Made by a program: the position numbers and the translations under genes. A model generated the notes under the pieces. It was not told where the DNA came from. It saw only the letters and a program-made list of their open reading frames with translations, and did not search any database. From assembly GCA_002269645.1 (NCBI GenBank), contig NIVC01002246.1:124001-188000 (forward strand): 64,000 bases of DNA. The letters run 5' to 3'. Each line of letters opens with the position of its first letter. The first letter of the stretch is position 1. Below, in pieces: positions 1 through 9,132 of the stretch. This DNA comes from Macrostomum lignano. Lineage: Eukaryota.

Positions 1-83
1 GATCTCAGACTCTGTTATCCGATATCGCAGTTCAGAGCCGCGTCTGACTCATTTAATTGAATCTGGAACTCGCCAAACCCCAG

Positions 84-575
84 ACGCCAGACGCCGGTCA
101 GCACCTGCGGCACAAACGCGGCGGCAGCAGCCTGCTGGCCAAGCTGAACGAACTCGCCTTGATCGGCCGCCTCGCGCCCTGCAGCCCCGCCTCGCCCGTT
201 GCCCCCGCTGCTGCCACCGAGTTCAACAGTCCATCAGCTGCTGGCTCTGATGAGCGTCAGCGTCCAGACGGTCAATCGTCGCTGTACCGCCAGCTGAACT
301 CCCCCGCTGCCGCAGTCAGTAGTGCCAGCGGCAACAACGGCTACTCGTCAGCTAGCGGGGCATCTCCGGGATTCGATTCCAGGACCTTCCGCCGGCCGCA
401 TTCTCGCGGAGTCAGCGCCGGAACCGCGCCGATTGGTGCTGGAGGCGGAGGCGGAGGCTACGAGGATTCAGCTGACGGTGGCATCGGGGCATCGACGAGC
501 TCGCAGGAGCGGCTGCACGACCTCACGGATGTGCAGATTGTGGCCAAGATGCAGATTGATGCGCTGAGGCAGCAG
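84..575 (+). CDS. SLAIN: SLAIN motif-containing protein, internal exon (gene starts upstream of the window; 5' boundary approximate)
   Basis: Encodes LHDLTDVQIVAKMQIDALRQQ, matching the conserved SLAIN1/2 block DLTDVQIMARLQEESLRQ. Donor CAG|GTGGGT at 575/576, phase 0. In-frame TAA at 54-56 means the exon starts after it; candidate acceptor CCCCAG at 83. Confidence 0.75.
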
Positions 576-610
576 GTGGGTTTTAAGGATGCCGTGCTGC
601 GGGATGGAGG

Positions 611-1537
611 GGTTGAGGGTTCAGGGTTGTGAAGGGTTGAAGGGTCAGTGTTGGGAAGGGTTGAAGGGTCAGTGTTGGGAAGGGTTGAAACGGAAGGGTC
701 AGGGTTGTGAAGTGTTGAAAGGTCAGGGTTGTGAAGGGTTGAAGGGTCAGGGTTGTGAAGGGTTGAAGGGTCAGGGTTGTGAAGGGTTTAAGGGTCCGGT
801 TTGTGAAGGGTTGAAGGGTCAGGGTTGTGAAGGGTTGAAGGGTCAGTGTTGTGAAGGGTTGAAGGGTCAGGGTTGTGAAGGGTTGAAGGTTCAGGGTTGT
901 GAAGGGTTGAAGGGTCCGGTTTGTGAAGGGTTGAAGGGTCAGGGTTGTGAAGGGTTTAAGGGTCCGGTTTGTGAAGGGTTGAAGAGTCAGGGTTGTGAAG
1001 GGTTGAAGGGTCCGGTTTGTGAAGGGTTGAAGGGTCAGGGTTGTGAAGGGTTGAAGGGTCAGTGTTGTGAAGGGTTGAGGGGTCAGTGTTGGGAAGGGTT
1101 AAAAACGGAAGGGTCAGGGTTGTGAAGGGTTCAAGGGTCAGGGTTGTGAAGTGTTGAAGGGTCAGGGTTGTGAAGGGTTGAAGGGTCAGGGTTGTGAAGG
1201 GTTGAAGGGTCAGTGTTGTGAAGGGTTGAAGGGTCAGGGTTGTGAAGGGTTGAAGGGTCAGGGTTGTGAAGGGTTGAAACCGAAGGATCAGGGTTGTGAA
1301 GAGTTCAAGGGTCAGGGTTGTGAAGTGTTGAAGGGTCAGGGTTGTGAAGGGTTGAAGGGTCAGGGTTGTGAAGGGTTGAAGGGTCAGGGTTGTGAAGAGT
1401 TGAAGGGTCAGTGTTGTGAAGGGTTGAAGGGTCAGGGTTGTGAAGGGTTGAAACCGAAGGATCAGGGTTGTGAAGGGTTGAAGGTTCAGGATTGGGAAGG
1501 GTTGAAGGGTTGGGTTGTGAGGGTTGAAGGGTCAGGG
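611..1537 (+). repeat. 24-nt G-rich intronic minisatellite (GGGTCAGGGTTGTGAAGGGTTGAA)n
   Basis: Direct tandem repeats; they account for the spurious GQGCEGLK ORFs. Confidence 0.95.
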
Positions 1538-1594
1538 AAATCCAACCTATAACAGTAGCAAAAGTCAGCTTGGACTTTTGATGCACAATGGCAG

Positions 1595-1912
1595 GTGAGT
1601 CGGTCGCGTTCGCAGCAGAGCATAGCCAGTTCGACCGGCTCAACTGACGATTTGGCAGCCTCTCAGCCGCATCAGCAGCAGTCGCACCAGCTGGCAGTGG
1701 GGGCGGCAGGACCGGCTGGGCTGCACCACTCGGCACCTGAGAGCGGGCATCAGCGGCAGCGCAGGACTTTGCCAGCCAGGCCGGCCCAGCACCAGCTGCA
1801 GCACCAGCGGCCCTCGAGCGCGATGGGCCAGGCGTACAGAGGCGCCTCAGCTGCTTCTGCCCAGCAACAGCAGCAGTATCACCATCAGCAGCAGGTGCTG
1901 GCTCAAAGTGCC
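1595..1912 (+). CDS. SLAIN: SLAIN-like protein exon (VSRSRSQQSIASS...AQSA)
   Basis: Acceptor GCAG at 1594, donor GTATGT at 1913, phase 0 at both ends; continues RQQ|VSRS as in SLAIN proteins. Confidence 0.7.
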
Positions 1913-2002
1913 GTATGTTTGTAGTTCATTATTGTGTTTAAACAGCACATTTTAACAGCGCTTGAGTCTAAACTGTGCATTCACTGACTCCCTTCACCGC
2001 AG

Positions 2003-2281
2003 CTGCCATCTCGGCCTGCCTCCGTCACTCCGGTTGTCGCCCAGCAGCGGTCCAGCATGCTGCCCAGGCCGAACCAGACCGCCTCCCCGGTGCCACCCGG
2101 CGGCGGTGGCGGCGTTGGCGGCGCCAGACGGGCCTCCAGCGGCCAGATGGGTTTGCCGCGGCCTGTGCAGCAACAAGGCGGCCGAATTCCCTCGCCTCTG
2201 CGTAGTGGCGCCGCCGGCAGGGCCTCAGTGGATCACGGAGCCTCGCTGAATGGCGGCTTCGGCTATCATGGCCAGCGCTGA
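2003..2281 (+). CDS. SLAIN: SLAIN-like protein last exon with SxIP-like motifs (SMLPRP, GLPRP, GRIPSP)
   Basis: Acceptor TTCACCGCAG at 2002 after a 90-nt intron with a CTGAC branch-like motif; in frame with ORF 2057-2281; stop TGA at 2279-2281. Confidence 0.7.
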   Translation: MPSRPASVTPVVAQQRSSMLPRPNQTASPVPPGGGGGVGGARRASSGQMGLPRPVQQQGGRIPSPLRSGAAGRASVDHGASLNGGFGYHGQR

Positions 2282-3026
2282 CCCGTCTACATCTGCCGAT
2301 ATGTTGTGTAAATAACTTTTTGTGTAGAAAATTAATTATTATTTTAAATGGTGTGTTTTAAATAGAGAAAATTCAAAATTAATTATAGAATAACTTATTA
2401 CCTCTGTTTCTACCCATGTGTTCTAATATACTTTTAGACTGATGACGTCACTGATGAGTGATGACGTCACTGATGAGTAATGAATGATTAAAAAATAAGC
2501 ATGTTTTGTTTGTTTGTCGGCAAGGTATCAATACTGTAGTGGAAGTTATTTTGAATTCAATTTTATTCATTGGTGGTTATTTAATTTTTATCTACAGCTG
2601 CACATACTGTTACTGCACTACTGACTAAAGCTGCATTAGTAGTATATGCATTGATTTTTTGTTAACAATTGAATGCAAAGCGCCCCAAAGATTCAAGCAG
2701 TAGTCAGCTATGAATATTATCCTATTAAATTGTCCGTCTGTTTTTTTACAAAATGTTTTATTGGCGATAATTATGATTTTCTACATAATTTTTTTATCCT
2801 CATTTCCGTGTCGATTTGTTTTCTTGGCTTACTACTTGAGGTAGTATGAGTTGTTTTCAATTTTTTGTTTATTTTTAGTTGATCTGATCACTGGGTCAGA
2901 TTTTATCGCGAAGTTCTGTTTTACCTACCGTCTGACTGCTTTAGAATATCCTGCTGTTGAGCTTTATTCGTTCGTCTGTGTGATTAAACTGGACAATTCT
3001 CAATTTTACTTGTATCTCATTTTTTG

Positions 3027-5246
3027 TCTGTAATAATCAGCTGTCAGAGCAGTCTGTAATCAGCTGTCAGAGCAGTCTGTAATTAGCTGTCAGAGCAGTC
3101 TGTAAGCAGCTGTCAGAGCAGTCTGTAATCAGCTGTCAGAGCAGTATGTAATTAGCTGTCAGAGCAGTTTGTAATTAGCTGTCAGAGCAGTCTGTAAGCA
3201 GCTGTCAGAGCAGTCTGTAATTAGCTGTCAAAGTAGCCTGTAATCATCAACTGTCTAAGTAGTCTGTGATTACTTGTCGGAGCAGTCTGTAGTTATCTGT
3301 CAGCAGTCTGTAATTAGCTGTCAAAGTAGCCTGTAATCAGCCGACAAAGTAGTATGTAATTAGCTGTCAGAGTAGTCTGTAACTACCTGTCGGAGCAGTC
3401 TGTAAATATCTGTCAGCAGTCTGCAATCGGCTGTCAAAGCAGTCTGTAATCGGCTGTCAAAGCAGTCTGTAATCGGCTGTTAAAGCAGGCTGTAATCGAC
3501 TGTCAGAGCAGTCTGTAATTTACTATCAGAGCAGTCTGTAAGCAGCTGTCAGAGCAGTCTGTAAGCAGCTGTCAGAGCAGTCTGTAATTAGCTGTCAGAG
3601 CAGTCTGTAATCAGCTGTCAGAGCAGTCTGTAAATATCTGTCAGCAGTCTGCAATCGGCTGTCAAAGCAGTCTGTAATCGGCTGTTAAAGCAGGCTGTAA
3701 TCGACTGTCAGAGCAGTCTGTAATTTACTATCAGAGCAGTCTGTAAGCAGCTGTCAGAGCAGTCTGTAAGCAGCTGTCAGAGCAGTCTGTAAGCAGCTGT
3801 CAGAGCAGTCTGTAATTAGCTGTCAGAGCAGTCTGTAATCAGCTGTCAGAGCAGTCTGTAATTAGCTGTCAGAGCAGTCTGTAATTAGCTGTCAGAGCAG
3901 TCTGTAATTAGCTGTCAGAGCAGTCTGTAATTAGCTGTCAGAGCAGTCTGTAATTAGCTGTCAGAGCAGTCTGTAAGCAGCTGTCAGAGCAGTCTGTAAT
4001 CAGCTGTCAGAGCAGTCTGTAATTTACTGTCAGAGCAGTCTGTAAGCAGCTGTCAGAGCAGTCTGTAAGCAGCTGTCAGAGCAGTCTGTAATTGCCTGTC
4101 AAAGTAGCCTGTAATCATCAACTGTCTAAGTAGTCTGATTACTTGTCGGAGTAGTCTGTAGTTATCTCTCAGCAGTCTGTAATTATCTGTCAGCAGTCTG
4201 TAATTAGCTGTCAAAGTAGCCTGTAATCAGCTGTCAAAGTAGTATGTAATTAGCTGTCAGAGTAGTCTGTAACTACCTGTCGGAGCAGTCTGTAATTACC
4301 TGTCAGAGCAGTCTGTAAATATCTGTCAGCAGTCTGTAATCGGCTGTCAAAGCAGTCTGTAATCGGCTGTTAAAGCAGGCTGTAATCGACTGTCAGAGCA
4401 GTCTGTAATTAGCTGTCAGAGTAGTCTGTAGCTACCTGTCGGAGCAGTCTGTAATTACCTGTCAGCAGTCTGTAAATATCTGTCAGCAGTCTGTAATCGG
4501 CTGTCAAAGCAGTCTGTAATCGGCTGTTAAATCAGGCTGTAATCGACTGTCAGAGCAGTCTGTAATTACCTGTCAGAGCAGTTTTTAATCGGCTGTTAAA
4601 GCAGGCTGTAATCGACTGTCAGAGCAGTCTATAATTTACTATCAGAGCAGTCTGTAAGCAGCTGTCAGAGCAGTCTGTAATTTACTGTCAGAGCAGTCTG
4701 TAATCGGCTGTTAAAGCAGGCTGTAATCGACTTTCAGAGCAGTCTGTAATCGGCTGTTAAAGCAGGCTGTAATCGACTGTCAGAGCAGTCTGTAATTTGC
4801 TATCAGAGCAGTCTGTAAGCAGCTGTCAGAGCAGTCTGTAAGCAGCTGTCAGAGCAGTCTGTAATTAGCTGTCAGAGCAGTCTGTAAATAGCTGTCAGAG
4901 CAGTCTGTAAGCAGCTGTCAGAGCAGTCTGTAATTAGCTGTCAGAGCAGTCTGTAAATAGCTGTCAGAGCAGTCTGTAAGCAGCTGTCAGAGCAGTCTGT
5001 AAGCAGCTGTCAGAGCAGTCTGTAAGCAGCTGACAGAGCAGTCTGTAAGCAGCTGTCAGAGCAGTCTGTAAGCAGCTGTCAGAGCAGTCTGTAAGCAGCT
5101 GACAGAGCAGTCTGTAAGCAGCTGTCAGAGCAGTCTGTAAGCAGCTGACAGAGCAGTCTGTAAGCAGCTGTCAGAGCAGTCTGTAAGCAGCTGTCAGAGC
5201 AGTCTGTAAGCAGCTGACAGAGCAGTCTGTAAGCAGCTGTCAGAGC
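3027..5246. repeat. 23-nt minisatellite (CAGCTGTCAGAGCAGTCTGTAAT)n, about 2.2 kb
   Basis: Visible tandem array with blocks of variant units. Confidence 0.95.
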
Positions 5247-5920
5247 TAATATGTGAATTGTTTTGCTTATTCTGTGCAAATATTCAAAGTTCATGCGCTG
5301 ACCTCTCTTCTCTCTATTCATTTATCTTGGCTTGCCGTGAGCTTCCGGACAAAACTACTCTGGGTAGTAGAGATCAATTTTTGTGTTATTAACAATTAAT
5401 ACGCATTGCATGCAGGTATGTGGATACTTTTTACTCTTGCTTATTGCCGCACAGAGCATATTTAGCCTGTTATTGCGTACTGCAAGCACTTTGACATGCT
5501 AATGAAGTTTACATAAATAAAATTATGCATATAGATTTTTAATAAATCTTTGCTTTCGATATGTGCCTCTATGCTACTAAAAGTAATGCTGGCAAATATT
5601 TAGTAGTTAATCTTTCATATCAGATTTTATGCTATTGTGTCGGTTTGAGAAATAAAGGTTAACAAGTACAGCCATGCGCTGGGGGACACGGGTCTCCGAT
5701 GACAAACTTGTTAGTTGCTGATTTCATGCGGGACAGGGCAGTGCCACTGAACATAGGTGTCATTTGACAGCCACATAATGTTCACGTTCTTAGAAGGGGC
5801 CGTGGCCTCCACAACAATTGCGCTTCTCGGAAAGCAGAATGAAAAATAGGCAACCAAGCTCAATGAATTGCAGGACCTCAACGATTGCCACCTCCTGTTG
5901 GACGGGGCATCCACACGCTA

Positions 5921-6997
5921 GGAGACAGGGGCGCCCCACCAAGAGACAGGGGCGCCCACCAAGAGACAGGAGCGCCCACCAGGAGACAGGGGCGCCCACC
6001 AAGAGACAGGGGCGCCCACCAAGAGACAGGAGCGCCCACCAGGAGACAGGGGCGCCCACCAAGAGACAGGGGCGCCCACCAAGAGACAGGGGCGCCCACC
6101 AAGAGACAGGGGCGCCCACCAAGAGACAGGGGCGCCCACCAGGAGACAGGGGCGCCCACCAAGAGACAGGGGCGCCCACCAAGAGACAGGGGCGCCCACC
6201 AAGAGACAGGGGCGCCCACCAAGAGACAGGGGCACCCACCAAGAGACAGGGGCACCCACCAAGAGACAGGGGCGCCCCACCAAGAGACAGAAGCACCCAC
6301 CAAGAGACAGGGGCACCCACCAAAAGACAGGGGCGCCCACCAAGAGACAGGGGCGCCCACCAAGAGACAGGGGCGCCCACCAAGAGACAGGGGCACCCAC
6401 CAAGAGACAGGAGCGCCCCACCAAGAGACAGGGGCACCCACCAAGAGACAGGGGCACCCACCAAGAGACAGGGGCGCCCCACCAAGAGACAGAAGCACCC
6501 ACCAAGAGACAGGGGCACCCACCAAAAGACAGGGGCGCCCACCAAGAGACAGGGGGCGCCACTAAAGAGACAGCGCGGCGCCAACCAAGGGATAAAGACG
6601 CCCACCAAGAGACAGGGGCGCCCTCTAAGAGACAGGAGGCGCCTATCAAGAGACAGGGGCGTCCACCAAGAGACAGCTAGGGGCGCCCACCAAGAGATAG
6701 GGGCGCCCTCTAAGAGACAGGAGGCGCCTATCAAAAGACAGGGGCGCCCACCAAGAGACATGGGCGCCCTCTAAGAGACAGGAGGCGCCTATCAAGAGAC
6801 AGGGGCGTCCACCAAGAGACAGCTAGGGGCGCCCACCAAGAGACAGGGGCGCCTACCAAGAGATAGGGGCGCCCACCAACATCGGCGCCCTCTAAGAGAC
6901 AGGAGGCGCCTATCAAAAGACAGGGGCGCCTACCAAGAGACGGGGGCGCCCACCAAGAGACAGGGGGCGCCTACCAAGAGACAGGGGGCGCCCACAA
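5921..6997 (+). repeat. 20-nt minisatellite (CCACCAAGAGACAGGGGCGC)n, copy 1
   Basis: Tandem array; the same unit occurs at 20215-21110 and inverted at 34255-34712. Confidence 0.95.
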
Positions 6998-7116
6998 GTG
7001 TAACTTATTTTATTTTTTAGGACAAACACGAGTACATGTACGTCATTCTTCAATAGCATACGCTACTGTATTGTATCTGACTGGCAAGCCTAAAAATCTG
7101 GATTGAATCAATCAAT

Positions 7117-9112
7117 TGATGAGGACGCACTTTTTCCCAAATCCCGCGCTAGCACATGGGCTCTAAACTTACTTGCCTACTAACAGTGGGCAGTGGGCAT
7201 TTTTATCCTTTTTCTGCGAATTTTCATAGAATCTATACTAGATATAATGTCTGGTCATACTAGTAGTCATAATAACATAGGCGCAGCTTTTTGGGTCATA
7301 AATCATCGCTTTCGAAGCTGATCTGACAGCCACCTGCGCCTCACTCAGTGTTGAAGCGGGCGCCAGATGGTCTGAGAGGATGCGGGCGGTAGCTTTTTTC
7401 TCATCATTTTGACAGGCCATCAAGATTTATGAGGTCAGAGCCTATTGTTCGGATTCACTCAAGCGTGTGACAGCTTTGACAGCTATGCGTTTTACCCCTA
7501 AAAGTACCTTGGGATTAGCGATTAGCGATTTCTCTTCATTATCTTCACTTTCTATTTAATAAGAGCTTTCTAATGTATATTTTTTCATTAATTTCTGTCA
7601 ATCCTACGCGAAAAGTCATAAATCATTTTGTTGCGATTTTGAGTGATTTATGGCCGCACCTGTCATCTTTTTACGACCCTGTGGGAACTGATAGGATCTC
7701 TCGGTCACGTGATTCTGGGTAGCAACGAGCTTAGCCAATCAGAAAATTCGGCGCTCATTTTAACAAAACGGCTCAGCCAATCAGAATCGACGTGTTCCGT
7801 TATAACAAACTGCGGTCCAGTTGGCGGCTATTTAAACCGGAGTTTTTGGCCCGCTCGGACGCAACTTCTTCTTACTTTGGCTCGGGCCCAGCGCGCAACT
7901 TCTGGTTCCCGGAGCACGACCGTCGTTTCTTGATCCCCGGATTGCAACTTCCCCCATCATCATCAAGGACGAGTCCCCCGGTCGACAGCAGCGAACATCC
8001 AGTTAAGAGCATCACCTGCTAGCTAACAGCGAAGATTGTGACAGCATCATCCCGAGTCTACAGCTGCAGAGCATCGAGCCGATTCGGTCACTGTGGAATA
8101 CCTGGTCTCCGGCTGTTGAGTTTCTGATTGGTTGGGTGAGAGGCTACCTAGACTTGCTTGATTGGGTGATCCCTTTTCTGTCCCCTGTTGCAGTAGCTGA
8201 ATTAGGCGCACACTTTTGCTCATTTTGTTCAGTAGTGCTGTTGCTGAGGCAGGAATCATTCAATAATACTGCCAGTAGTCTAAGACTCCAATTCAATCTA
8301 AAGTGTGAAGTGAATTAAGGAGAAGGTTAAAAAAAACAGTTATCTTTGTCGGCTTTATTTCTTTGTTCGCCGATGGCTCAGATGAGTAGCTAAGCTAGTA
8401 GGCGCCGGTCACAGTGGACCAATGGCAAGGCAGTTCTCAGTCGACCAATCTAACAAATCAGTGAGCAAAACTGCCAAAAGTGCAGAATCGGCGCCAGAGA
8501 TGTACTTTGTGCACTCAGGGTAGCCAAGCGGCTCGGGTAAATGAATCATGCGGTCTCTGAAGTTCGAGTTAGCCTATCATCAGCGCTATGAGAGGCTAGT
8601 TGGCGCGTTGAAGGCTAAAAGTACATATCTTCGTATTTAGCAATGTAATAGTACATGTAGCTACCCCATAGACTCGCCACCGCAAGAATCCCCTGCACAA
8701 GTCCCCTCTGTACCTGCATGGCCAACGCGATCTAGTCCCAGCAGTGTCCCTTATCATCGGCTATGACTTCGAGATTGACAGCAAAAAGACACTAGTTGGC
8801 AGGTAAGTGCAAAGCCCCTTCTAGTCGGAAGCCCGATTTCGAGAGTCCCGGTGTGGTGAGCCAGGGCGCACGGGCTGGTGGCAGCAAGTTAGTTGATCTG
8901 CGGATTAGCTAATTTCTACTTTCAAAATTCTCCCTGCTCGTCTCTCGCTGTCCCTCTCTTAGCTATAGGACCTAGACTGCTCGCCACACGATCAAGCTAC
9001 CATGGGGCTGACCATCTGACAGGAGTGGGGGGCCAGGTCTCTAATTGATTTATTTCTGAGCCTGAGGCTCGAAGGCTTCCCTAACAAGGAGCCCGAAGGT
9101 CGAAACCCATCA
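7117..9112 (+). repeat. 5' LTR (1996 bp)
   Basis: Direct repeat of 15531-17527; identical small ORFs in the track at offset 8414. Confidence 0.97.
7705..7836 (+). promoter_or_regulatory. Putative LTR U3 promoter: E-box GTCACGTGAT, two AGCCAATCAG CCAAT boxes (7735, 7777), TATTTAAA (7829); repeated in the 3' LTR at +8414
   Basis: Motif order and spacing typical of NF-Y/TATA Pol II promoters; no transcript evidence. Confidence 0.5.
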
Positions 9113-9114
9113 AA

Positions 9115-9132
9115 TGGTGGCAGCGGTGGGAT
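9115..9132 (+). other. Primer-binding site TGGTGGCAGCGGTGGGAT, complementary to the 3' end of tRNA-Leu (AAG/TAG type)
   Basis: Starts 2 nt after the LTR end; reverse complement ATCCCACCGCTGCCA+CCA is the 3' end of metazoan tRNA-Leu(AAG/TAG). Confidence 0.85.

Noticed and set aside
589-1552. Cys-rich repeat ORFs (GQGCEGLK)n
   Set aside because: Translations of an intronic 24-nt minisatellite lying between two phase-matched SLAIN exons.
5711-5889. Possible minus-strand terminal exon (acceptor CCAACAG near 5890)
   Set aside because: No recognisable product, no matching upstream exon and no minus-strand polyA signal identified.
5790-6774. Long ORFs on both strands (PPRDRGAHQETG / SLGGRPCLLVG), also at 19927-21202 and 33869-34707
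   Set aside because: Stop-free translation of a 20-nt repeat in several frames at once; no coding signal.
7238-8318. Small ORFs inside the LTRs (repeated at +8414)
   Set aside because: 60-96 aa with no recognisable domain; identical only because the LTRs are identical.
8329-8336. AAA vs TCT cluster between the LTRs as a dating signal
   Set aside because: Adjacent changes inside an A-run may be one event or a consensus error, so no insertion age was calculated.
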